From a virus (taxonomy: Duplodnaviria > Caudoviricetes): DNA of 57,814 bases. Positions within the stretch are counted from its first letter, which is position 1, and each line of letters opens with the position of its first letter. This document shows positions 38,704 through 48,486 of the stretch, piece after piece. Location: positions 1-57,814 of IMG/VR virus record IMGVR_UViG_3300035703_000106. One strand, 5' to 3'. The notes beneath the pieces are model-generated. The model had not been told where the DNA came from and did not search any database. It saw nothing but the letters and a program-made list of their open reading frames with translations. Position numbers and translations under genes: made by a program.

Positions 38704-38819
38704 TTACTTCTTTTTACCGTTTATAAAATCTAATTCTTCGTCGGTATATGGCCACATTATTTGCCGCCGTTCTTTTTCTCGGTAAGGGAACGAAGATATG
38801 AGTGATCTGGATCTAACAT
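38704..38819 (-). CDS. Two coupled micro-ORFs, MLDPDHSYLRSLTEKKNGGK (38757-38819) and MWPYTDEELDFINGKKK (38704-38757)
   Basis: Read manually; AAGGA RBS; TAATG overlap. Confidence 0.45.
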
Positions 38820-38823
38820 ATGC

Positions 38824-39051
38824 TTATTCCTTTTTGGAAACGAAAGAATACATTTCCTGGGCCTTCTTCATAAGCTCGTCCATGCTATAAGGCGTATATG
38901 CGTTAGCAGCTTTTGCTTCTTCAATAGTAGCTTTGCCAATCGCCATCATCTTTTCCCAGTACTGTATATTCAAAGCAGTCTGCTTGTCCATGTAGTCTTT
39001 TGCCATCTCGAGGACATCGGCACGAATTTCGAAGGGGTTCTTATTGCTCAT
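38824..39051 (-). CDS. Conserved phage hypothetical protein
   Basis: KNPFEIRADVLEMAKD...AQEMYSFVS. Confidence 0.7.
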   Translation of the reverse strand: MSNKNPFEIRADVLEMAKDYMDKQTALNIQYWEKMMAIGKATIEEAKAANAYTPYSMDELMKKAQEMYSFVSKKE

Positions 39052-39241
39052 TTTTAGCTCCTTTAGACATTTTATCAAAATTGTATTTCATCATATTTTC
39101 AGTATTGTCAAGAAGCATAGTGGCGAACTGGGTCTGGGCCTCAATATATTTGTGCGCCATAGCATTTAGTTCTGGATCTTTAATAACAGTATTAGTGAAA
39201 GTCTTCTTAGCTTGTTGGAAATAGTTTACTATTATTTTCAT
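39041..39241 (-). CDS. Hypothetical protein
   Basis: 66 aa helical protein, AGGAG RBS. Confidence 0.6.
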   Translation of the reverse strand: MKIIVNYFQQAKKTFTNTVIKDPELNAMAHKYIEAQTQFATMLLDNTENMMKYNFDKMSKGAKNEQ

Positions 39242-39294
39242 TTTCAGTCTCCTGTGTTGTGATGGGGAGAGATTATCCTCTCCCCTGTGTGTTA

Positions 39295-39531
39295 TTACAT
39301 TCTGCGACCGTAAGCACCTTGAAGCGCAAGAGCTTCAATATCATATCTGCTAAGACCGATATCAAGAAGTTCAGCATCTGAAAGTCTAGATAGTTCTTTC
39401 AACGTGCTCTTATACATCTTGTGCTTAGCATAATTGATGCGAACGATTTCACCCAATCTTGAGATTAGGTTAATTATTTCAGAGATTGGACTCTGTAAGT
39501 AGTTGGTGATTGTTAGTATGTAGTGTGTCAT
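39295..39531 (-). CDS. DUF1127 (YjiS-like) protein
   Basis: TLKELSRLSDAELLDIGLSRYDI signature. Confidence 0.85.
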   Translation of the reverse strand: MTHYILTITNYLQSPISEIINLISRLGEIVRINYAKHKMYKSTLKELSRLSDAELLDIGLSRYDIEALALQGAYGRRM

Positions 39532-39952
39532 GTTTTTCCTCGTGATGACCGATTTCGATTCGACGAGGACGCAGTTCTTCTGGGATTACGTACTTCAGAC
39601 TAACTGACAATACTCCATCCTTAAGATCTGCTCCGATTACGTGTACGTGTTCAGACAGCCTAAACGTGCGCTTAAACTTTTTGGTGGAAATACCACGGTG
39701 AATGTATTCGCGCTTATTTGTATCGAATTCCCCAGTGACGGTCAATGTGCGGTCTTTAACCTCGATTGACAGAGCATCTTTTGGAAAACCAGCAACGGCA
39801 AGCTCGATTAGATAATCGGTGTCGCCAGTTCGAATAATATTGTGTGGGGGATAATGATCGTTTGCGTGTTTAGCAACGTGATCTAGCTCATTCAACAGAT
39901 GATCGAAACCAATAAATGAGCCACGGGGAAATAGTTGTTGTACGCCTGTCAT
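39479..39952 (-). CDS. hsp20: Small heat shock protein (Hsp20/IbpA-like)
   Basis: FIGFD, YPPHNI, ELAVAGF, HRGIS and LKDGVL motifs. Confidence 0.93.
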   Translation of the reverse strand: MTGVQQLFPRGSFIGFDHLLNELDHVAKHANDHYPPHNIIRTGDTDYLIELAVAGFPKDALSIEVKDRTLTVTGEFDTNKREYIHRGISTKKFKRTFRLSEHVHVIGADLKDGVLSVSLKYVIPEELRPRRIEIGHHEEKHDTLHTNNHQLLTESNL

Positions 39953-40022
39953 GTCGTTCTCCTTTTTACAAGCAAGACTTTTTATGCGACCGGTTACTTC
40001 CGCATCGCCAGCTGTATTTATA
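39953..40022 (-). promoter_or_regulatory. Late promoter plus ROSE-like RNA thermometer leader of hsp20
   Basis: TATAAATA at 40022-40015; ATGCG/CGCAT hairpin; TCTTGCTT pairs with the AAGGAGA Shine-Dalgarno. Confidence 0.65.
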
Positions 40023-40053
40023 CCCATTTACCTATTACCATACTGAATACCCG

Positions 40054-40656
40054 TTATACATTTTTAGATACACGTACGTTACGAGACAATGATGCTTCTA
40101 TATTACCTTCGATACCAAATGAAATACCTAATCTAGTTCCATAAGGTTCTACTAGATGATATTGTCCTCTTGGAACCCATATCATACTACCAGGTTTAAA
40201 AGTAGAAGTATATAATAAATTAGCTTCTTCCTTATTTAGACTTTTTTTAGCATCATCTTTATAATATTCAATATTATTCGCCTCCCACATAGACCATTCT
40301 ACATTACCTAATACTTGTAAATAAAGGACGTCCATTACGTCTCGATGGATTCGAAAACTTTTTGATTTATTAGTAAACCCACCAAAGAAGTGAGTGGTAA
40401 TTGAATTACTGGGAAATGTAGATTTTAATTCTTTTATAATATCTTTTACAAATGCGGGTGCCGAATTTCTTTGTTCTATTGCAGTTAATGTAAATGATAA
40501 TTTAGATCCATTCAATACCCTATGATTATCTGGATGAGTATCTAGTAACATCAATGTTTGTTTCCAACCGAAAACTGATTCCGGAGGCAATTCATAATCA
40601 TTCGGTCTATGATATTTCCGGCTACGAATTGCCTCTTTAAAACTGTCATCAAACAT
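40054..40656 (-). CDS. JmjC/cupin-like oxygenase
   Basis: IHRD..DVLYLQVLG and PGSMIWVPRGQYH motifs. Confidence 0.78.
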   Translation of the reverse strand: MFDDSFKEAIRSRKYHRPNDYELPPESVFGWKQTLMLLDTHPDNHRVLNGSKLSFTLTAIEQRNSAPAFVKDIIKELKSTFPSNSITTHFFGGFTNKSKSFRIHRDVMDVLYLQVLGNVEWSMWEANNIEYYKDDAKKSLNKEEANLLYTSTFKPGSMIWVPRGQYHLVEPYGTRLGISFGIEGNIEASLSRNVRVSKNV

Positions 40657-41066
40657 TATTTATTACCGATATTATACTTCGGGCAAAGCTCCCATTCATC
40701 TTTTTCTTTAAATGGGATAATCTTAATTTGTCTAAGCGGTGCACAATCTAGATTACCTGCACCAGCAAGTTTAATTAATCCCCAATCACTTAAAAGGGTA
40801 GTGATCGTATTTCTACGCTGAATATCATTCATCTCTAGATTCGATTTCTTACCGTCAAGGAGAAATAACTCCTTAAAATGAACGATAAAATATCTACCCT
40901 GCTTATGTAGAATGTGACATGATTGGAATAGTTTTTTATCTTTGCGTGATGCTACACCAATACGGGTAAGTGTTTCACGAACTTTTAGGAAATCATCTGG
41001 TTCGTCCAGAATAACTTCTAGCATATCCTGTGGTGTCCAATGGACATTATTATTTTCTTCTACCAC
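40656..41066 (-). CDS. regA: Translational repressor
   Basis: FLKVRETLTRIG, QSCHILHKQGRYFIVHFKE. Confidence 0.95.
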   Translation of the reverse strand: MVEENNNVHWTPQDMLEVILDEPDDFLKVRETLTRIGVASRKDKKLFQSCHILHKQGRYFIVHFKELFLLDGKKSNLEMNDIQRRNTITTLLSDWGLIKLAGAGNLDCAPLRQIKIIPFKEKDEWELCPKYNIGNK

Positions 41067-41436
41067 CTTTTGTTACCTTCTCTCTCAAATTCAATATTTG
41101 GTCGGATGTCAACAGTGGTAGAACTTGGCGGGCTTTTTCATTGCTATAGCCATAGTATTCTTTCACCACTTCAACATCATTTACCAATTCAGGTTTATCC
41201 CATTTCGAGAAGCGTTTACGCTTCCTAACAATATTTATAAGAAAAGAGAATTGTAGTTTTTTATCGAGATGGTGGTTGCGGTTCATCTCGTTTGCTGCTA
41301 GTACAGTATCACTAAAGTAACTGAGTGACCTGTTAATAGTAAAGGGGATATATGCTTTCTCGGTTACCTCGTCGACCATAAGATCTTTCTTAGTATCGTT
41401 AATAGCATTTACATATTCAAATGGATTCATTATCAA
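41050..41436 (-). CDS. gp62: Clamp loader small subunit
   Basis: PFTINRSLS, ANEMN and YYGYSNEKA motifs. Confidence 0.9.
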   Translation of the reverse strand: MIMNPFEYVNAINDTKKDLMVDEVTEKAYIPFTINRSLSYFSDTVLAANEMNRNHHLDKKLQFSFLINIVRKRKRFSKWDKPELVNDVEVVKEYYGYSNEKARQVLPLLTSDQILNLREKVTKGGRRK

Positions 41437-42244
41437 GTTCCTGTTGTATTAGGTCACGTATTCGATCTGTGATGCAGATCTTATTATCGCCATCAAATGC
41501 CCACATCCATATATCAGCGGGTTTGAGATTATTATCTATGCAATATCTCTCTTGTATACCCTTGGCCTTTCTGGTTATATAAGTCGCATCAAACTTAGGC
41601 AATATCTCATTGGCTACTGAACAAGCGTTAGAGTTAAAATAACTATAACCGAAATATTTGTCAATTGGTACAGTTAAACTCATAGGTAAATTATCAGAGA
41701 AAACGATTCCAGCTCGAATACCACCTAATAAAAAGTTTTTACTTAGACTAAATGCCACCGCATCAAATATCTCTAAACCAGTATTCAATTTATCGAGTGT
41801 AGTACCGTAGAAGGCACAGTCTAAAAAAATCTTAGAACCATTATTTTCACAATGGGTAATCATATCATTAAACCAAGGAGTAACCCCTCCTTCATGATTC
41901 GGCTGACTTACCAGTACGTAGCTATTAGGTGGGATCTGATCATAGGTATCGATCCCTAGATTATTATACGACTTTACTAGGACTTTGTAAAATCTATAAT
42001 CAGTATTGAACCAGCAGATCTGATCATATTTTTTATGTATATGAGCTACCTGGTGGAATATTGCATCGTGGATTCCGTTTGTAATAGCCCATTGTTTTTT
42101 ATATTCAGCACCAGAAAATCTATGAATCCATTTTACCCAAGATTTATGATAAAGTTTCAGATCTTCTATATGACATTTATTTTTAATAGGAATATTTTGG
42201 AGCTCTTTTTGTATTTGGGTAGGACAAAAACTATATACGGTCAT
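41417..42244 (-). CDS. PLP-dependent transferase-like protein
   Basis: ITNG, IFLDCAF and FSLSK...RAG (fold type I PLP Lys). Confidence 0.65.
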   Translation of the reverse strand: MTVYSFCPTQIQKELQNIPIKNKCHIEDLKLYHKSWVKWIHRFSGAEYKKQWAITNGIHDAIFHQVAHIHKKYDQICWFNTDYRFYKVLVKSYNNLGIDTYDQIPPNSYVLVSQPNHEGGVTPWFNDMITHCENNGSKIFLDCAFYGTTLDKLNTGLEIFDAVAFSLSKNFLLGGIRAGIVFSDNLPMSLTVPIDKYFGYSYFNSNACSVANEILPKFDATYITRKAKGIQERYCIDNNLKPADIWMWAFDGDNKICITDRIRDLIQQELDNESI

Positions 42245-42780
42245 ACTAACTCCTCTAATCTTTTAGAGATATTAGGAGTAATTTTAGATAACCATTCACG
42301 AATCTCAAGAAGAGCGTAAGGTTTTAATTCCTCTGTTCTTTCTCTCATATATTTAAAGTCGAACATTATAACCTTTCCATTCTTCTTAGTCATATTTGAT
42401 AGTGCACCATTTAATTTATACATATTAATCTCTTTAAAATAGTGATAGATTTCTACAATCTGATCTTCAATATCAGGAATATCATTGTGCCCGCGAATTA
42501 ATAAATCAGGACCGTAATATTCTTGTATAATGTATTTCTCTTGATAATTAATATCTACTAATTTAGGAACCCAATCTTTATCTCTAAATCTTAAAAGGGA
42601 ATTAGTCTCTGCCAACCATTTCTTTTCAATGTAATCTACAGATTGCTCAGATACTTTACCATTAACAGTAATACCGTTTTTTATAAAATAACGTTTTATT
42701 AAAGTCTTATCATCATTTAAATATACAGAAGCAACCCTTCCTATATTAGGATCTGGGTGTCTGTAAGGCTCCCAGATCAT
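42241..42780 (-). CDS. Protein-kinase-like fold protein
   Basis: IKRY, VPKLV, IQEYYG and N..SNM...MFDF; catalytic loop atypical. Confidence 0.55.
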   Translation of the reverse strand: MIWEPYRHPDPNIGRVASVYLNDDKTLIKRYFIKNGITVNGKVSEQSVDYIEKKWLAETNSLLRFRDKDWVPKLVDINYQEKYIIQEYYGPDLLIRGHNDIPDIEDQIVEIYHYFKEINMYKLNGALSNMTKKNGKVIMFDFKYMRERTEELKPYALLEIREWLSKITPNISKRLEELV

Positions 42781-43049
42781 TCAATTCCACTATCAATCGT
42801 TGGCCATTGAACACGTTCGATTCTATCAGAGATAATCGTCTTTGTTAACTCCGTAGAACTACCTCTTTGGATATCTACACCATCATAATAGAGTTGAGGA
42901 ACAGTTCTATGGCCTTTTGATTCCATAAAGCTCATTGCTTCTGAATCGTGCTCTACATCAATCATTGTATACTCAAATCCCCATTCGTCAAGTTTCTTCT
43001 TCAGATTTCGGCAATAAAAACATTTATCCTTACTATAAAGTTTAAGCAT
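42777..43049 (-). CDS. Glutaredoxin (NrdH/NrdC-like)
   Basis: CFYC active site; TVPQ motif. Confidence 0.88.
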   Translation of the reverse strand: MLKLYSKDKCFYCRNLKKKLDEWGFEYTMIDVEHDSEAMSFMESKGHRTVPQLYYDGVDIQRGSSTELTKTIISDRIERVQWPTIDSGIE

Positions 43050-43058
43050 GATTCCCTC

Positions 43059-43670
43059 CTAGAATGCCGTAACGGCCTGTACCAACGATTGCATACGCAT
43101 TACGTCCATACTTACATCATGACAAGGATCATGCTTTACGAAATGTTCAGCAAGACCATTGGGAATAAATCCTGGATCAATATCAGCTCCGTACGAGATG
43201 CCTTCGATATAACTAATCGTATCTCGTACTAGCCACCAGTCATACGGTTCTGGGTTACCGGTACATTTCATAAGAGAAGTCATAAACACAGGGTCAAACG
43301 TATTGCGTCTAGTATATACCTTCTTAAGGTTCGTACACTTGTTTACTACAAAGAAGTTATAGAGTTCAGCAATCGATTTATCATCAGGGCGAGGAGCAAT
43401 CTTTTTCTGTGCTTCTTTGTTCTGTTCAGACCACCACCGCACGGTGTCCTTTTCGATCTTACGACCATATGATTTCACTTGATCCGCAACATCAAACTTA
43501 ATATAGTTGCACTTATCAACCAATTCCTGATAGGTGTACGGATCTTTCTCAAACCGCATTGGATCATAGTTTAACATAGCAAAAGAAATCACAACACCAT
43601 CGACCGGGTTCTGTGATAAAGTCTCGAAGTCATAAATTGTACAAATATCCAATCCTCGGAATCCTTTCAT
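43059..43670 (-). CDS. dexA: DEDDh 3'-5' exonuclease (DexA-like)
   Basis: DFETL, TVRWW, FD and HDPCHD motifs. Confidence 0.75.
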   Translation of the reverse strand: MKGFRGLDICTIYDFETLSQNPVDGVVISFAMLNYDPMRFEKDPYTYQELVDKCNYIKFDVADQVKSYGRKIEKDTVRWWSEQNKEAQKKIAPRPDDKSIAELYNFFVVNKCTNLKKVYTRRNTFDPVFMTSLMKCTGNPEPYDWWLVRDTISYIEGISYGADIDPGFIPNGLAEHFVKHDPCHDVSMDVMRMQSLVQAVTAF

Positions 43671-43771
43671 TGTACCAAAACTCTTACAGTAGCTTCATGC
43701 AAAGCCTTAAACACCTTTGCATCATCATAGAGTAGAATAACAATAAGCAATAGTGCAAGTACTCCTCTCAT
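43667..43771 (-). CDS. Small membrane peptide (34 aa)
   Basis: Read manually: MRGVLALLLIVILLY...; ATGA overlaps at both ends. Confidence 0.5.
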   Translation of the reverse strand: MRGVLALLLIVILLYDDAKVFKALHEATVRVLVQ

Positions 43772-44706
43772 TTGATTTGTACCTCTGTCATAATCTCAGT
43801 CATACAAGCTACAAGGTTCAGTTCGTGATCTGCCACAAAGGCAGCTTTATATTGATAGTCAGCCAGGATTAAAACCAGTTGTGGGATAGATACAGGCTGG
43901 ACTTTATCAGCCATACGATCATACAGGCCACGAATAATCGCAGATGTATCTAGATCCATATGGTTAACTACCCAACTACGCATAGTCTTAAAGTCTTTAC
44001 CCTTCAGAGCGTCAAACAGTTTGTTGAACTGGTCATTTGATGCTGTTGCAGAGGTAAGGAGATTAAACTCGCCATCGATACAGTTGCGTTGGGTTTCGTT
44101 AATGACACGGCGCCAGTCAGGAACATAGCGCATGATTACATCCACCAACTGCTTCGGATCGCCTTTTACATTCTCCTTCTGGAGAATAAACTTTAGGCGA
44201 GACAGGAACAGCTCTGCAATCTTCGGCAGTTCATCCTTTGGAACGTTAAAGTCATACACAGCACAACGGGAATGCAGTGGTTCAATGATACGATTCTTAA
44301 AGTTACAGGTTAGAATAAATCGGCAATTGTCTGAGAATTGTTCAATGAAACCGCGAAGAGCTGGTTGGGTTGACTGTGGGTTCAGGTAGTCAGCTTCATC
44401 TAGGATAATAACCTTATATCCACCACTCAGAGAGACAGTAGATGCAAACTGACGGATCTTACCACGAAGGGTTTCGATGTTACCTTCTTCGGATCCGTTA
44501 ATAACAATATAGTCTAGACCAAGCTCTTCACATAGAGCACGGGCAGCAGTTGTCTTACCGATGCCAGCAGTACCGGTGAAAAGCATATTCTGCAATTCAC
44601 CAGTATTAAGCATCTGCTGCAAAGATTTCTTCACAGCAGATGGCAAGAGCGTTTCGTTCAGGGATTTAGGCCGATACTTTTCGACCCAGAGAAAGTCTTT
44701 CGACAT
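43768..44706 (-). CDS. gp44: Clamp loader large subunit
   Basis: WVEKYRP, GIGKTT, DEAD and SRC motifs. Confidence 0.95.
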   Translation of the reverse strand: MSKDFLWVEKYRPKSLNETLLPSAVKKSLQQMLNTGELQNMLFTGTAGIGKTTAARALCEELGLDYIVINGSEEGNIETLRGKIRQFASTVSLSGGYKVIILDEADYLNPQSTQPALRGFIEQFSDNCRFILTCNFKNRIIEPLHSRCAVYDFNVPKDELPKIAELFLSRLKFILQKENVKGDPKQLVDVIMRYVPDWRRVINETQRNCIDGEFNLLTSATASNDQFNKLFDALKGKDFKTMRSWVVNHMDLDTSAIIRGLYDRMADKVQPVSIPQLVLILADYQYKAAFVADHELNLVACMTEIMTEVQIK

Positions 44707-44765
44707 GTGTACTCCAATTTCAATTGAATATTCATTATATGGTATTAGGAGTAAAAAGTAAACCT

Positions 44766-44966
44766 TTATTCCTGGTTTTGGTGTGCTTCACACATCGCAA
44801 CAATCTGTACGCACTGGTCACGAAGCTGACCGATAGTGGTAAGTTCTTCCCCACGGAATCCACCGCGCTGTACAATAGTATCAATAACGGCAATGGTACT
44901 ACGACCGATACGGTTAGCAAGGTTAATCATTTGGTCATTTTGAGTAGGCGCTTTTGCCATAATCAT
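44766..44966 (-). CDS. Hypothetical protein
   Basis: VIDTIVQRGGFRGEEL..IGQL motif, between gp45 and gp44. Confidence 0.65.
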   Translation of the reverse strand: MIMAKAPTQNDQMINLANRIGRSTIAVIDTIVQRGGFRGEELTTIGQLRDQCVQIVAMCEAHQNQE

Positions 44967-45652
44967 TCTCCATAAGTTGAGGTTTTTTCAAGAGCAATCC
45001 AGTAGTTCACTTTCTTTTCAGTATGAGAAAACTTGGACATAAGTTTAGAAGACAGACTGACATTATAATCGCCAGGCAAGATCTTGAGGTTCTGAATGTT
45101 CAGAATAAAGTTAAAGCTTTCGCTTTCGTATTTACCTGCCAATTCAATCGTAAATGTATTCGAAGTAGCATTTTCAGGATCGAATACGGTCAGTGCAATT
45201 GCACCATTCGATGGCGTAATAGCCACAGATGTATGACCAAGAGCGGACGTAGCGCGCTTAATCTTATTCAAAGTATCTTGGTCAAGAGTAAATGTTACCT
45301 CAAAGTCGTTCATAGCCGAGGCTTTGGTAAGCATAGTGCTATTTGGAGAGGTAAGCATCTCTGTTTCGGTAAAGAAGTATTTAATCTTTGACCGGCCAAC
45401 TGAGTCAGAGATAACAGCAAACTTTTCCTCGAACTTAACCTGCGGTTCATCAACAAGAGATAGAACGCCCAGGAATTCGTTGAGGTCGTAGATTCCAAAC
45501 TCGGATGGGAATTCCACATCCACTACAGCAGTCGTCAAGATGTTACGAGCTTCAGAGATCGTAGAAACCTGATTGCCTGGATGGAATACGATGTTACTAT
45601 TAATGCCAGAAAAATTCTTGAGTACTTGGGTGGTGTATTCAGTAAGTTTCAT
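44963..45652 (-). CDS. gp45: Sliding clamp
   Basis: LKNFSGIN, FGIYDLNEFL and YWIALE motifs. Confidence 0.93.
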   Translation of the reverse strand: MKLTEYTTQVLKNFSGINSNIVFHPGNQVSTISEARNILTTAVVDVEFPSEFGIYDLNEFLGVLSLVDEPQVKFEEKFAVISDSVGRSKIKYFFTETEMLTSPNSTMLTKASAMNDFEVTFTLDQDTLNKIKRATSALGHTSVAITPSNGAIALTVFDPENATSNTFTIELAGKYESESFNFILNIQNLKILPGDYNVSLSSKLMSKFSHTEKKVNYWIALEKTSTYGE

Positions 45653-45691
45653 AGTGTATCCTTTTCATAATATAAAGCATTGTACAATAGA

Positions 45692-47428
45692 TCAGGCTGC
45701 TTGTACACCCCAATCCTTCATTTTCGAGAAGTTTTTATCCTTAAAGAACTCAATCTTATTCTTGAATTTGCCATCAAGGATTTCACCCTTATGGCTAATA
45801 ACGAATACGTTTGTATCATCGTCAAGCGAATACAAGATCTTCATGAGATTCTCTACACCGTCATGATCCAAGGAGGAGTCGAATGTTTCGTCCAGTACCA
45901 GTAGGTTAGTAGCAACAGAGTTCTTCATCTTAGCGATCATACGCCAAGTAAACAGAAGAGCAAGGTCAATACGTTGCTTTTCGCCTTCGGAGAAACTATC
46001 GTAGGTAAATGCGTCACGATGTCTGGACTTAATCGTCTCTTGGAAACTCTCGTCCAGATTAAAGTGCACAAAGAAATCTAGGATCTGTAGATATTTATTC
46101 ACAAGGTTATTAATGATAGGGATATACTGCTTAATAACCTTTGTCTTAATACCTGTATCTTTCAGCATCTCTGCCATGACTGAGTTATACGAGAACTCTT
46201 CGTTCAGTTTCATACGCTCTTCCATAAGAGCATCTTTCTCAGAGTTCATATCGGTCAGTTCTTGGTTCGCTCGCGCGAGGTCGCCCGTACGCGAGGTTAG
46301 ACGGGTGATATCATCATTTAAAGTCTGAATAGCATTCTGTAGTCTCTTGATCGACTGACCATTCGAATGAATAGTAGATTGCTTTTCGCGAATCACTTCT
46401 GCTGATTCTGTAAATTTATCGATCGTTTCTGTTACTGCAGCAGCTTCTTCGTCTGCCTTGCGGATAGCGCTTTGTAGTTCGCGGGCGCGAGAGCGAGCGT
46501 GATCGAGCTTAGAGTTGCGAGTCTCTTCTGAGATTTCTTGTGTACACGTAGGACACTGAGAGTTGGTCTCATAGAACTTAGCGTCATTTACCACATTCTT
46601 TACCTGCGTAGTAAACTGCGCACGATATTGTAATAGGATTTGTTTACGATCATGGGCACTATTCAGTGCTTCACTTACCTTATCATTCTCTTTCTCAATG
46701 AACGATGACAGTTCTGCATTTTCTGCTAACAGTCCGTCAATCTCGTCTCTTGCTTCTGTAATCTGGTTCTTTTTAGAATTAATCTCTTCCTGATTCATAG
46801 CGGTGATATCACGAATATATTTCTTCTGCGCATCAATCTGATTCTTTTTCAGATCCAGCTGGTAGTTCAGATCCTTCAGCTTCTCTTTTAGTGTAGCATT
46901 CTTTTCTTTTACAAGGATATTCATCTTAGAGAAGACGTTAATGTCTAGCAGATCCTCGATAACCTCTCTACGATATTGTGCAGAGAGTTGCATGAATGGA
47001 ATAAAAGATGAACTACCAAGAACAACAATCTGGTGGAACGATTTATGATTCAATTTAATAATGTTCTGTTCTAGGATTCTTTGATATTCTTTCGAATGCG
47101 AATCCTGGTTGATTAGAACATTATTCTTCCAAATCTCAAAGACCTGTGGTTTAACCCCCCGGATAATCTTAAAGTCAGCTTTGCCTACGCTAAACTCAAT
47201 CTCTACCACGCAGTTTTTATTGTTAATAGAGTTAACCAACTGTGGCTTATTAATATTGCGGTGTGGCTTACCAAACAATGCGAATGACATAGCATCCAAC
47301 ATTGTAGACTTACCTGCACCATTATGACCAACAATCAGTGTCGATTTATGTGTAGTTAGGTCCATCTCGGTGAAGCTATCCCCAGTGGACATAAAGTTAC
47401 GCCACCGCAGTTTCTTAAAGTAAATCAT
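45692..47428 (-). CDS. gp46: Rad50/SbcC-like recombination ATPase
   Basis: NGAGKS, CPTC hook, FSEGE and LDETFD motifs. Confidence 0.95.
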   Translation of the reverse strand: MIYFKKLRWRNFMSTGDSFTEMDLTTHKSTLIVGHNGAGKSTMLDAMSFALFGKPHRNINKPQLVNSINNKNCVVEIEFSVGKADFKIIRGVKPQVFEIWKNNVLINQDSHSKEYQRILEQNIIKLNHKSFHQIVVLGSSSFIPFMQLSAQYRREVIEDLLDINVFSKMNILVKEKNATLKEKLKDLNYQLDLKKNQIDAQKKYIRDITAMNQEEINSKKNQITEARDEIDGLLAENAELSSFIEKENDKVSEALNSAHDRKQILLQYRAQFTTQVKNVVNDAKFYETNSQCPTCTQEISEETRNSKLDHARSRARELQSAIRKADEEAAAVTETIDKFTESAEVIREKQSTIHSNGQSIKRLQNAIQTLNDDITRLTSRTGDLARANQELTDMNSEKDALMEERMKLNEEFSYNSVMAEMLKDTGIKTKVIKQYIPIINNLVNKYLQILDFFVHFNLDESFQETIKSRHRDAFTYDSFSEGEKQRIDLALLFTWRMIAKMKNSVATNLLVLDETFDSSLDHDGVENLMKILYSLDDDTNVFVISHKGEILDGKFKNKIEFFKDKNFSKMKDWGVQAA

Positions 47429-48486
47429 GCAATCTCCAGTGCTTGGGCTTCTGTGAGCAGATTACGCATGCTGGACTTCAGCCGGTCTTTATCTAGATCA
47501 GTGTCCACCGCGTCTACATAGCTATCGAGCAGTTCACCTGTATCCTCTACAGATACAGCTTCATCCTCTACATTCTCGCCAAGGAATTCGTTAAAGTTCT
47601 CTGCGATTTTCAGATCATGAATCTTCTGTGATTGTATTCTATCAATAAACCGATCGAATGTAAACAGATCACTCTTGCTAATAACAACAACCTTCACAAA
47701 TTTGTTATCTAGATGAGAAGTGTCATACATCGAATAGTCGACATTCGAATCATCGTAGACAATACGTTCGAAGAGTCTATGTGGGTTTGGAATCTTTGTT
47801 AGTTCTCTCGTAGCAGTGTCAAGCACGTGGAATCCTTTCTCATCACCAGCATCTGACCAAAAGAATTCAGACTGTGTGCCAAGATAGTGGATGTTATCTC
47901 TCTGTGAACCTACGTGGAAGTGACCAGAGATTACTTTTTCAAATCGAGAGAATAAGCTATGATTTAGACCAGCGTGAGATGGTACACCACGAAGAACATC
48001 GAATCCCATAAGCTCAAGATGTCCACCCAACCAGTCTGCTTTACAGTTGTTGATAAAGGACATAGATCGGTCATAGTTCTCTTGACAAATCCATGGGAGC
48101 ATAGCAAGGTTGAACCCATCTAGATCGAGTACGGTCGGCTCCATGTGAATAGTGACTTCACCCATATAGTGACCAAGTAGTTCTTTCAGTGCGTTCAGTT
48201 CGTTAGTGTTTTTGTAAAACGTGTCATGGTTTCCAGGAATGACATCCATGTGCATTCCGTACTCTCGCAGTTTTGCAAGAAAAGACTTCCGGTAACGATG
48301 AAGTGACTTAAAGTTAATGAACTTGCGATTATCAAAAACGTCACCAAGATGGATGATGCGTTTGATATTGTTCTCGCGTAGATACGGGAAGAATACATCG
48401 CTATAAAAAAGATCAGCATTATCTGCAAAAATATCAGAAGAATTCCGAATACCAGTGTGAGTATCATTTAAAATAGCCACCTTCAT
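47425..48486 (-). CDS. gp47: Mre11/SbcD-like nuclease
   Basis: DTH, GDVFD, GNHD and GHFH motifs. Confidence 0.95.
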   Translation of the reverse strand: MKVAILNDTHTGIRNSSDIFADNADLFYSDVFFPYLRENNIKRIIHLGDVFDNRKFINFKSLHRYRKSFLAKLREYGMHMDVIPGNHDTFYKNTNELNALKELLGHYMGEVTIHMEPTVLDLDGFNLAMLPWICQENYDRSMSFINNCKADWLGGHLELMGFDVLRGVPSHAGLNHSLFSRFEKVISGHFHVGSQRDNIHYLGTQSEFFWSDAGDEKGFHVLDTATRELTKIPNPHRLFERIVYDDSNVDYSMYDTSHLDNKFVKVVVISKSDLFTFDRFIDRIQSQKIHDLKIAENFNEFLGENVEDEAVSVEDTGELLDSYVDAVDTDLDKDRLKSSMRNLLTEAQALEIA

